From a virus: a stretch of DNA of 64,000 bases. The translations under genes and the position numbers were made by a program. Below are positions 15,602 through 24,089 of this stretch, piece after piece. Every line of letters begins with the position of its first letter. Within the stretch, counting starts at the first letter, position 1. The DNA is taken from positions 1 to 64,000 of IMG/VR virus record IMGVR_UViG_3300019458_000003; one strand, 5' to 3'. The notes beneath the pieces are model-generated. The model was not told the origin of the DNA. It made no database searches and worked only from the letters and a program-made list of their open reading frames with translations.

Positions 15602-17419
15602 CTAACTGCCTATACTCCCACTCGGATTAGGTCTTTCTCCACGTCTCACTAATTTCTGGCTTTCAAATCTAGCTGGGTTAGCTTGAGCCGGATGGGGCAT
15701 CTTAGCTTCTTCCCGTTTACTAGGGAGTATTCCAAACCCAAACAAAGATTTCCCCCTGTCCATTGCCTGGGCTACGGCTCCACACACCGCATCAGTGACA
15801 TCCTTACTACCCCTATTTATCTTGTCTTCCTTCAGATACCTAGCTGAAGACAATTCTGGATGGTCTATCTTACCGTTTGGTAATTGGATCAATTCTTCGG
15901 CTTCCCGGACAAATATCGAATGAAGATAGGTTTCAAATATCCCTTCATATATTACATTCTTTAAGGTAGTGTAGGGGACCGAAGTTCTATCTACCGAAAA
16001 TTCCTCGGCGTTAACCCCGGCCTTCTTTAGCTGTTGGATACTATCGACAGATTGCCAGCCATCGTATGTCACCCGAAAGATAGGAAATTTTTCCACCCTT
16101 CTCAACCTCTCGATGAAAGCCCTGATCTCCTCAAACATAATCTCGCCCGCACTAGGAGCTTTGATCTGAAGAATGAGATCTACTACTGCGCCAACTTTAG
16201 CTATCCCCTGTTGCGATCTAAGGGTTTCAATTGATTGGTTGGAGTCTTTGGCTAGAGCTAGTAGAAAATCATCCGGCAAGGAGACAGTCATCCCCCGTTT
16301 GTAATGAGCCATCGCAAAACCTGCAGCGTCTCCGCCTACCTGGCCTTTAGCCAAGTCGATATGGACAAAATACTCGGTTTGCGGTTCTGGCTTAAAGAAA
16401 TCTTTGAATGCGAGATCACGCAAGTTGAAGGCGGTCACCCTTTCCCCAATTATGGGGTTTTGACGGTTAGAGGTATTAATTACCTGACTAATTCTCGTCT
16501 TATATCGGAAAAATCCGCCTTCTTGCGTCGTGCCCTTACACTCAAAGATTCGTTGTGACCCTTCAGGGTCTAAAATGTAATCCTCAGCAAACTCTTCTTT
16601 ATTTCTTTTAAGGTTAACTTCCCAAGTAGCAAAGGGTCCGCTCCTAAATGTTGTTGGTTCAGTCTCAGCCTGAGCGAAACGAGTCATCATAAAATCGTTA
16701 TCGCTCCTCTTATAGGAGATTAGAAGCAATTTCCCATATTTAGGGAAACGAGATCTAATGGTAGTCCTCAAGGCCGTATACAGGCTAGCGGCTCTCTGCA
16801 CTAAGAACCCGCCGACCTCATCGAATATCACAAAAAAGAGATTTAACCCCTCGCCCGTGTACTCCTCGCTATCTAAGGAGTGAGCAATGATATTCTTAGG
16901 AAATTCCACTTGGCGCTTCTGAATTGCCTTAGTGAGATCAATACCTTTTTCCTTGAACCAATTCACTCCGGTCTTCGGGTTTATTGTATTCCTCAAAATA
17001 ATAGTAAAATATGCGAAGAAGACCCCCTGAGCTAGTTTGGCATTAATACAGACATTGCCAACTTCAATTTTATCCTCTAGACCTGGGGGAGGTGGCTCTC
17101 CGCCCGCGCTCAAGTAAGATACCGGATCGCGCATACACAGCAACTTGTAGCAAACGTATGCTAGTATCTTTGCTGATGATCGATCTTTTCCGGATCCCTT
17201 ACCCCAAAGAGCTTGCCCCTCTTTAAATTCTGTAGCCCATTCGGAAGGCTCAGCCCCAATCATCTTAGTACCAAATTCCTGTTGGATGGGAAATAACGGT
17301 TCTTTAACCCAACTGTTGCAAAATTCCTCTAGACTTACTGGTACTTCTTCCCAGACCGAATCCTGAGAGGAGGATACCGGAGTCAATTCTGATTTGTGCT
17401 TATCATAAAAGCTACCCAT
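15602..17419 (-). CDS. terL: Terminase large subunit
   Basis: Walker A-like LWGKGSGKDRS and Walker B-like FFVIFDEVGGF, with a C-terminal nuclease-sized domain. Size and position are typical. Start moved to the ATG at 17419 (MGSFYDKHK); the track start is 17452. Confidence 0.8.
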   Translation of the reverse strand: MGSFYDKHKSELTPVSSSQDSVWEEVPVSLEEFCNSWVKEPLFPIQQEFGTKMIGAEPSEWATEFKEGQALWGKGSGKDRSSAKILAYVCYKLLCMRDPVSYLSAGGEPPPPGLEDKIEVGNVCINAKLAQGVFFAYFTIILRNTINPKTGVNWFKEKGIDLTKAIQKRQVEFPKNIIAHSLDSEEYTGEGLNLFFVIFDEVGGFLVQRAASLYTALRTTIRSRFPKYGKLLLISYKRSDNDFMMTRFAQAETEPTTFRSGPFATWEVNLKRNKEEFAEDYILDPEGSQRIFECKGTTQEGGFFRYKTRISQVINTSNRQNPIIGERVTAFNLRDLAFKDFFKPEPQTEYFVHIDLAKGQVGGDAAGFAMAHYKRGMTVSLPDDFLLALAKDSNQSIETLRSQQGIAKVGAVVDLILQIKAPSAGEIMFEEIRAFIERLRRVEKFPIFRVTYDGWQSVDSIQQLKKAGVNAEEFSVDRTSVPYTTLKNVIYEGIFETYLHSIFVREAEELIQLPNGKIDHPELSSARYLKEDKINRGSKDVTDAVCGAVAQAMDRGKSLFGFGILPSKREEAKMPHPAQANPARFESQKLVRRGERPNPSGSIGS

Positions 17420-17819
17420 ATAGTAGAGAGTCACTAAATTGTTCAGTCTCAAATTCTACGGTCACATGTGAGGCGTAAGGATACAGGCGAGATATACGCA
17501 ACTCCATAGCCCACGATGCTCTCTTGAAAGACCGAGCACAGACTATCGTATAAAATTTAAGCAACCTGCTTGGGGCATCCGGCTGTTCAACGGTGACTTC
17601 TACTCGCGCTTTAAAGCGTCTGCGCTGTTGGGAACGCATATGACGTGCTTCTAAAATAACTTTGCCACATTTACAAACAGTTCCCTCTTTATAGCGCACG
17701 AAACATATATCCTCAATAAAGAGTTTAAATAGGTGGCCGACCCTTGTCCCGACTCCGGCGGTGGAGTCGCAATGTTTCGCCTCGTAATACTCTTTCAAAC
17801 GATCAACTAGACTGAGCAT
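17412..17819 (-). CDS. Hypothetical protein upstream of terL
   Basis: 135 aa with no motif. A small-terminase role is possible by position only. Confidence 0.4.
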   Translation of the reverse strand: MLSLVDRLKEYYEAKHCDSTAGVGTRVGHLFKLFIEDICFVRYKEGTVCKCGKVILEARHMRSQQRRRFKARVEVTVEQPDAPSRLLKFYTIVCARSFKRASWAMELRISRLYPYASHVTVEFETEQFSDSLLYG

Positions 17820-17845
17820 TTCTGCCCTCCCGAATTGTTCAGAGA

Positions 17846-18178
17846 CTAAAGAACGCTATCAACCCACGCTCTCAGTCTCGCGATGTCTTCCGGCAAGATC
17901 TTCCACAGAAGATGCAACGCTAAAAAGATGCCCCCTGCTACCACCAATCCCGCCAGAGCGTAAGCCTTCCATCGCTCATCTAAAGGCAACTCCCTGCTCC
18001 ACTTCCAAAACCATTGGCTCAGAGTTAAATCAGTAACGATTTTGCAAAGCCCCTCCATCCCGCCCAACAGGAATGCCAAACTGCCCCAGAACGCCGTCCA
18101 CCAAGGGGAAACCTGATAGAATGCAAAAATGTACAATGCTACAACAATTGTCGCCACAACCGCATCCATTATCCACAA
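17846..18178 (-). CDS. Membrane protein (3 TM)
   Basis: 110 aa with three hydrophobic segments. Confidence 0.5.
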   Translation of the reverse strand: MWIMDAVVATIVVALYIFAFYQVSPWWTAFWGSLAFLLGGMEGLCKIVTDLTLSQWFWKWSRELPLDERWKAYALAGLVVAGGIFLALHLLWKILPEDIARLRAWVDSVL

Positions 18179-18323
18179 TTCTCCAGATTTGGCATTTTCC
18201 GTAAATTACCTATAGTCCTATTTATCTGCTTCTTGGAAAGTGTCTGTGGACTAAACGTCCTCCAAATTACCTTCACCGGATAAACACCTCGATCCAGTAT
18301 ACTTCTCGCCCGTACCTTGCTCC

Positions 18324-18887
18324 TCATTTCTTTTGAACCTCGGCTATTTCGTCGAGCATCTTCAGAAATGCTACCTTCAACGCCGCCCGTGTAGTTTCAT
18401 CCTTGCATTCCGTGTCTAAAATCCCTTTAACCTTTTCCCAGATCGATTCCGGATTAAGTATTACCCTATTTTTATATTCTATCTCTACCTTCTTCCAGAT
18501 CAACCCTGCCTTAGTATCCGTCAGCCGACGAATTGTCTCGGCCTCCCCCACGGGATTAGTAGTCCTGAGTATCTCTATCAGAGCAGTTAGTTGTAGGATC
18601 TCCCTATCTAGACTTAACGTATTGCTTGGATCTTTCCCTAATTCCTCGATCCTACTTTCTAACTCCTTCACCATTAACCACTTAAGGTCATCAGGTGACA
18701 TTTGACTTCGCCTATAGACGTCTCTGATGTAAGGCAAGTCGTGGCGCTCACACCTTTTCCCCTCCAAGCGTCCTGGACTATTACAATAGGCATTTACCCC
18801 GTTTAATCTCTCCCTGGCATTACATTTCCCATCTGCCGGTTCTTTGGGAGGTAGGGGACCTGTCTGATTTTCCTCTGAGTCACTCAT
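18324..18887 (-). CDS. Hypothetical protein (Cys cluster plus helical C-terminus)
   Basis: 187 aa with KCNARERLNGVNAYCNSPGRLEGKRCERHD. No family recognised. Confidence 0.45.
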   Translation of the reverse strand: MSDSEENQTGPLPPKEPADGKCNARERLNGVNAYCNSPGRLEGKRCERHDLPYIRDVYRRSQMSPDDLKWLMVKELESRIEELGKDPSNTLSLDREILQLTALIEILRTTNPVGEAETIRRLTDTKAGLIWKKVEIEYKNRVILNPESIWEKVKGILDTECKDETTRAALKVAFLKMLDEIAEVQKK

Positions 18888-18939
18888 AAGTAGACGCCCG
18901 TCGTAGTATCCATAGACACAAAAATCCTCACCTTCATGA

Positions 18940-19419
18940 CTAGTTGCTACTACCCCCCTGGACAGACTCTTTAGCCAGCTTTGCCATTTCCTCCCGGACC
19001 AATCTCTCTAAATTCTTCCTGCCAGTCCGAAGATACTTGTCAACCATAGTCCTACCTATTTTCTGGTTACTCTGCCCTACTACCTCAGCAGCAATTCTTA
19101 CCTGGGTTTGCTGTTCGGGCCATTCAATCCCATAGTACCTCTTGATAATATCTCTCTGAATAACTGGCAACCTCCCCAGGGCACGTTTAAGCGCCTCAAT
19201 ATACAAAAGCACCTTTGGGCTAAGAGGCATTTTCATGTAGTCCTCAGGAATCCCCTGATACTGAGCTAATAGCTCCAGCGCCCCTGTATCTCCGGCCAGC
19301 CGTTCTAGCTTCGGGGAGTTTCCCGAACCCCCCACCTCTTGATCCAAGAATTTAGACCACGCCTCCTGCAGTTGTTCAGGTGGCAGATCGTCACTCGGTC
19401 TGTTTAATTTTTCTTTCAT
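18940..19419 (-). CDS. Sigma-70 region-4-like HTH protein (candidate late regulator, sigma factor or small terminase)
   Basis: The C-terminal LPVIQRDIIKRYYGIEWPEQQTQVRIAAEVVGQSNQKIGRTMVDKYLRTGRKNLERL follows the sigma region-4 pattern. Start moved to the ATG at 19419, with GGAG 6 nt upstream. Confidence 0.45.
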   Translation of the reverse strand: MKEKLNRPSDDLPPEQLQEAWSKFLDQEVGGSGNSPKLERLAGDTGALELLAQYQGIPEDYMKMPLSPKVLLYIEALKRALGRLPVIQRDIIKRYYGIEWPEQQTQVRIAAEVVGQSNQKIGRTMVDKYLRTGRKNLERLVREEMAKLAKESVQGGSSN

Positions 19420-19427
19420 TTCTGGCT

Positions 19428-19465
19428 CCAAAAACACAAAAAGAGCAGGGATTTGTTCCCTGCTC
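19428..19465 (-). terminator. Rho-independent terminator
   Basis: Minus strand: GAGCAGGGA-ACAAA-TCCCTGCTC (9-bp perfect stem, 19443-19465) followed by TTTTTGTGTTTTTGG. Confidence 0.75.
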
Positions 19466-19500
19466 TCATCACACTAGATGTCGAGCAAATCTTTAATTGA

Positions 19501-19707
19501 TTAAGCAATCAACGCCTGTATCAAAGTTAATCTATCTTCTTTCGTGAATTTGGTGTAGTCTAGGTTATAACCTAGCCGAAACCCGCCATCTTGGGTGCGC
19601 ACCACTCTAATGACGCGACAACAGGGACGACTGCCAGCTTTGCTGTCTTCAACAACACCGTCCAGGACAATAGCCGATTTTAAAACAGGTTTACTGAAAT
19701 GAATCAT
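19501..19707 (-). CDS. Hypothetical protein
   Basis: ORF track, 68 aa. Confidence 0.45.
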   Translation of the reverse strand: MIHFSKPVLKSAIVLDGVVEDSKAGSRPCCRVIRVVRTQDGGFRLGYNLDYTKFTKEDRLTLIQALIA

Positions 19708-19720
19708 CGACTGCTCCTTG

Positions 19721-19903
19721 TTAAATTTCCATCATCTCCGTTTGGCCGAACTTCGCCATCCATTCCAACAAATACTGAATGGGATGACCAATAAAGACCA
19801 GGTAAGCCAAATCATCTACCGGAGAGCAATTTAGTACAACATCATTCTCATCTGTAGTTACAACGAGCTTAAATCTTTGGTTAGAAACCCAAAATCTAGT
19901 CAT
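19721..19903 (-). CDS. Hypothetical protein
   Basis: ORF track, 60 aa, 4-nt overlap with the upstream gene. Confidence 0.4.
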   Translation of the reverse strand: MTRFWVSNQRFKLVVTTDENDVVLNCSPVDDLAYLVFIGHPIQYLLEWMAKFGQTEMMEI

Positions 19904-20088
19904 CTTGATTCCCTGTTTTTGATAAATCGCTTAGTACGCATACCGTCAAGCTTGCCATCTACAATAACAAATTCAAGAGTCGCGAAATCCTCAGCATTAA
20001 CTTCTCTTTCATGCTTATGGATAAAAACAACTAATTGAGCAGAAATTGAAGCCAAACTCTTATTTGAATGTTCGCTCATTCGTCCCAA
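19900..20088 (-). CDS. Hypothetical protein
   Basis: ORF track, 62 aa. Confidence 0.4.
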   Translation of the reverse strand: MGRMSEHSNKSLASISAQLVVFIHKHEREVNAEDFATLEFVIVDGKLDGMRTKRFIKNRESR

Positions 20089-21437
20089 TCAAACTCCCAT
20101 TCCCTTTTATTTCCCGTAGGAGCAAACCCGGCTGGAGTGATCTTCTTAGCAGCGACACTCTGAATGTTATCTAGAAAATGAGAAGCCTTTAATGTAACTT
20201 TTCTTAACTCATCTATACATCCTTCATCAATAGCCGCAATCATAGCTGTGTTCACTAATTCCTTAAGGTGAGCACCACTCATCCCATCAGTACGCTTCGA
20301 TAAATCCTTAAGGAACCTTTCTCGCTCTTGTTCGGCCTTACCTATAAATTGTAATGTTTTGGTATACAATTCAAGCATCCTGAAACGACAATCTTCGTCC
20401 GGCAATGGAAAATCAATTAAACGATCAAATCTACCCGGCCGATTTCTTAAAGCTCCTTCCACCTCATCGGGACGATTGGTAGTCGCCACGACTACCACAA
20501 ATTCATTTCCAACAATCCCATCTAATTGATTCATTAATTCACCGAGCACTCCGCCATCTTCTTTCTCTCGGTGTCCGCCAAAAAGATCAATGTCCTCTAG
20601 AAATAAAATTGAGGGAGCTAAATCACGAGACAACTCGCAGATTCTTCGCATAGATTTCGGGGTATCAACATCTCCTGGTGCCACCCACAAGAAAGTCACA
20701 TCCTTAGTGGTGCTGCATAAAATCTTACCCACCAATGTCTTACCTAGACCTGGAGCACCTTTTAGAATTAATCCCCTCTTAAAAGACATGCCGTTTGCCT
20801 TATAAATATTTAAACTACCAAACAGTAAGTTAATATTGCGTTGCAAATCCCTCTTTAATAAATCCGGTAAAATAACAGAATCCCAGTTATATTCTTTTTC
20901 CAGTTTCACATGAGTAAGATCCGGCCTTAGTTTTTTGCCCTTATATACATTCTCCTCTTTCGCATATTCTCCAAGCTCTCGTAGGAAGGTAGTAGCATAT
21001 AATTCATGTTCTTTACTGGAATAAACTTTTATCTTCCATAAAGAACCCATCGGAGAAAAGCCTACAATAAGATTTACCTTCTCGGATGTCTTGCATATTA
21101 AAGAATACCCGTCCTCCGGGGCCTGTACCATCTCACCGGGATTGATTTCTATATTTTGGTATTCAAATATATCTGGATTTCCATATTCGTTTAAGGCACT
21201 TTGATCAACCACCTCAAATCCTTTTAAGGCGAGAAATTTATAAAAGACAGCACAATAGATTCGGAACTCATATAAGCTAAACTTCTCTGCTACCATAAAG
21301 GAATTTTGTACAGATACGCCAAGATGCTTAGTTATGATAGCAGATTTTAGAGAGTCTTCCCACCTAACTTCTCTCAATAACCTCTTTAATTCAAAGGCAT
21401 CAAAATCTGTCACCTTCTTACCTCCCATATGGGTCAT
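20076..21437 (-). CDS. AAA+ ATPase (classic FtsH/Cdc48-type clade) with a unique ~220-aa N-terminal domain
   Basis: Walker A GAPGLGKT, Walker B ILFLEDIDLF, and second region of homology VVVVATTNRPDEVEGALRNRPGRFD. Confidence 0.85.
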   Translation of the reverse strand: MTHMGGKKVTDFDAFELKRLLREVRWEDSLKSAIITKHLGVSVQNSFMVAEKFSLYEFRIYCAVFYKFLALKGFEVVDQSALNEYGNPDIFEYQNIEINPGEMVQAPEDGYSLICKTSEKVNLIVGFSPMGSLWKIKVYSSKEHELYATTFLRELGEYAKEENVYKGKKLRPDLTHVKLEKEYNWDSVILPDLLKRDLQRNINLLFGSLNIYKANGMSFKRGLILKGAPGLGKTLVGKILCSTTKDVTFLWVAPGDVDTPKSMRRICELSRDLAPSILFLEDIDLFGGHREKEDGGVLGELMNQLDGIVGNEFVVVVATTNRPDEVEGALRNRPGRFDRLIDFPLPDEDCRFRMLELYTKTLQFIGKAEQERERFLKDLSKRTDGMSGAHLKELVNTAMIAAIDEGCIDELRKVTLKASHFLDNIQSVAAKKITPAGFAPTGNKREWEFDWDE

Positions 21438-21874
21438 CCTTTAGTCCCTCTTTTGATCTGCGAGGCCAAATGAAGGCTTATTAGCACTAATACCGTTGCG
21501 GCAGCGGCAACTCCCACCATCCCAATCCCCACGGATATCCCAATTCCAGCAACAGTCCACAAACTTGCAGCCGTTGTCAGACCCCTGATTGCCCTGCGAC
21601 TCTGGATAATTGTTCCAGCGCCCAGAAACCCGATCCCGCTTATTACTTGAGCGGACAACCTACCTGCATCGGTACCTGGAAATAGCGCACAGAGGTGCAA
21701 ATCTACCAACGAGATAAGACAGGCACCGGTACCGACTAATATATGAGTTCTTAGACCAGCCGCTTTTCTGACAACTTCTCTCTCATAACCAATGAAAGCT
21801 GACAGGAGGGATGCTATCACAAGCAGGATACAGTCACTCTCATCCACTCGCATTGAGGTCATGAGTTCATTCAT
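21434..21874 (-). CDS. mgtC: MgtC/SapB-family membrane protein
   Basis: GYEREVVRKAAGLRTHILVGTGACL...RLSAQVISGIGFLGAGTII...GLTTAASLWTVAGIGISVGIG matches the MgtC signature. Confidence 0.8.
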   Translation of the reverse strand: MNELMTSMRVDESDCILLVIASLLSAFIGYEREVVRKAAGLRTHILVGTGACLISLVDLHLCALFPGTDAGRLSAQVISGIGFLGAGTIIQSRRAIRGLTTAASLWTVAGIGISVGIGMVGVAAAATVLVLISLHLASQIKRGTKG

Positions 21875-21996
21875 CTCCTTGATCCTCTAATTCGTCCAGA
21901 GCTTCCCCAATTACTGACCGCTCGTCGTACTCGTCACAAGGTTTCTTAGACTGCACTACCTTTTCTGCCGGATTGCGAGTCCAACTTTTTCTAATC

Positions 21997-22242
21997 TTAA
22001 TTCGCTCTCTTTTGTCCTTCATTCTTCTTTCCTGGATCCCCGAACCGCTTCAACAGATCCACGACGTGTTGTTTCTCAGTAGTGCTAAGCGCCTTCTTCC
22101 TCTCGAATAGCTGATATAACATTTTCGAGACAGCGGCAAGACTAAGACATAAAATACCTGGTCGCCCTGCTGCTATAACGACATATCCAGCATTTCCTTC
22201 TAGCTTCGTGATTTGCACTTCAAGGATTTGTTCTTGAGCCAT
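21997..22242 (-). CDS. Hypothetical protein
   Basis: Track ORF shortened to the ATG at 22242 (MAQEQILEV), which lies just after the upstream stop. Confidence 0.4.
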   Translation of the reverse strand: MAQEQILEVQITKLEGNAGYVVIAAGRPGILCLSLAAVSKMLYQLFERKKALSTTEKQHVVDLLKRFGDPGKKNEGQKRAN

Positions 22243-22246
22243 TTTC

Positions 22247-23110
22247 CTAATCCTCCCATATACCAATTACACGCAAAATGTCTGATGCCTCTGACACCGG
22301 AATCGCCAGATTAATGCCAATATTAGCACCCGTAGAGGTGATCATAGAATTACAAATCCCTATCAATTCTCCCTCCATATTAACAATAGCTCCTCCGCTA
22401 GAACCGGGATTCACCATAACATCAACCTGAAGCATACTGGGGGTGCGCGGACGTCCAATCCCCATTAAAGTGGCACCGATTTCAATGGCTCGCTCGATAG
22501 CTAAATCTCGGCTAATCTTTCGCTCCTCAATTCCAGACGCCATAGGTTCGAAAACCGTCCGATTTACCCCGCTCACCACTCCGCGAGAAACGGTTGCTGC
22601 TCCGCCTCCCAATGAATCATGGGCTGGAAATCCAAAAGCCATAATTTCTTGTCCCGGCGCAATCTCTTTATGGTTGATTTTGATGCTGTTCAGAGCAACA
22701 AACGATTTAGAGGCAACCTGCCCCTTAGTCACATCAATTGATATCTCTTCTAAAATGGGGACAAATTTCACAATGGCTAAATCCCTGTGAGCATCAGCTA
22801 TAAAATAACTAGCTCTAAACATGTCTCCGTGATGAGTCTTTATGTAGACATGGGCAACATCGTCAACCGCATGCTTAACAGTAAGAACATACCCACGATT
22901 GCTGACCAGAACGCCAGAAGCTATCGTCTTGACACTTGAATCCCCCGACATTGAAACACCTATCTGTACCATCGTTGGTAGCACTTTGTCCGCCACTTCT
23001 TGACTGCGTAAATCGCCAATCGAACGGTGATTCAATAATGCAACTAAGGTAAAGGACAGATTCAACATTACACTAAATATAATGATCCCGATTCTATCAA
23101 CTCTCTTCAT
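22247..23110 (-). CDS. Membrane-anchored trypsin-like (S1, HtrA-like) serine protease
   Basis: N-terminal TM helix. Triad contexts are VLTVKHAV (His), HRDLAIVKF (Asp) and NPGSSGGAIVN (Ser). Confidence 0.8.
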   Translation of the reverse strand: MKRVDRIGIIIFSVMLNLSFTLVALLNHRSIGDLRSQEVADKVLPTMVQIGVSMSGDSSVKTIASGVLVSNRGYVLTVKHAVDDVAHVYIKTHHGDMFRASYFIADAHRDLAIVKFVPILEEISIDVTKGQVASKSFVALNSIKINHKEIAPGQEIMAFGFPAHDSLGGGAATVSRGVVSGVNRTVFEPMASGIEERKISRDLAIERAIEIGATLMGIGRPRTPSMLQVDVMVNPGSSGGAIVNMEGELIGICNSMITSTGANIGINLAIPVSEASDILRVIGIWED

Positions 23111-23747
23111 ATTTGATACTCCCTAGGTGAACGATTTTTTCCAAATCCCACGACCTGACAGAAAAATGGAGATTCTCGGAGTATTCGCTCATAAGTAACA
23201 TGCGAATATTTCCAATTAAGTCCTGATTCGAGTCGATATCCAACCATCGACGGCCATTGAGATCGTACATCCCAATTTGACCTCTAAAAATATCAAAATA
23301 AACTGCGAATGCATGCCCCCCTCCCGAATCAGGTCCCGTCGTGATGTAATACACTGGCGCATTTGGGTAGTGAGCGTGCAATAAATAAGTGGTCATCCGA
23401 GCAAAATCGTCACAATCTCCTGACATCGTAGCGAAACTGATTATCGGGAGATTGGGTACATCCCATAGCTTAACATCTTCTCGATACTTCCATTCCATCC
23501 ATGATAACGTAATCATGTTATTAAATTCTCCTGTCCTGATAAGCTCTTCGAACATACGGTTGGTCATCATGGAGGGTTTGGGAGGAAGTACATCGTTTAT
23601 GTTCATTTGAGCTTGCGTGATATATTCGTAAACAACAAAACTAGAGAAAGAATTATATTGAAGTGCCAATATAACCGCCATGTTGACCACAACGCTGGTT
23701 ATAAAAGCAGTTATAACAACGCTTAGTCGAACTGTAGACATTTGCAT
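23097..23747 (-). CDS. Membrane-anchored transglutaminase-like cysteine peptidase
   Basis: N-terminal TM helix. The Cys-His-Asp core reads SGDCDDFARM ... GGGHAFAVYF ... GMYDLNG. Confidence 0.6.
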   Translation of the reverse strand: MQMSTVRLSVVITAFITSVVVNMAVILALQYNSFSSFVVYEYITQAQMNINDVLPPKPSMMTNRMFEELIRTGEFNNMITLSWMEWKYREDVKLWDVPNLPIISFATMSGDCDDFARMTTYLLHAHYPNAPVYYITTGPDSGGGHAFAVYFDIFRGQIGMYDLNGRRWLDIDSNQDLIGNIRMLLMSEYSENLHFSVRSWDLEKIVHLGSIKYEES

Positions 23748-23753
23748 AGGATC

Positions 23754-24089
23754 TCACCGGGAAAGGTTACGAGGGCGACGCTTACGAGCCGCACGGCGGA
23801 CTGCCGCATCAGTTGTCCGCCCTCTACTTTTTGCGACCCATACCATTGTCATCGACCCCAATCCCGAACCAAACGCGTAGGCCACAATAATCCACAGAGA
23901 ACCTGAATCCGCTAAAATTCTCTGGACAGCGGAGAACCAAGCCCCTGCCCATATTAAGACATACACGGTGCCACTCACACCGACCTGTAATGTTTTTCCA
24001 TGAGCGGCGGCTCGAATATGCCACGAATTTATCATATTCTCTACGAATCCGGCAGAAAAGAGCAAGAAACTGATAAATAAAAGGCTCAT
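23754..24089 (-). CDS. Small multi-pass membrane protein with basic C-terminal tail
   Basis: 111 aa, 3-4 TM segments, tail RRAARKRRPRNLSR. Confidence 0.5.
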   Translation of the reverse strand: MSLLFISFLLFSAGFVENMINSWHIRAAAHGKTLQVGVSGTVYVLIWAGAWFSAVQRILADSGSLWIIVAYAFGSGLGSMTMVWVAKSRGRTTDAAVRRAARKRRPRNLSR

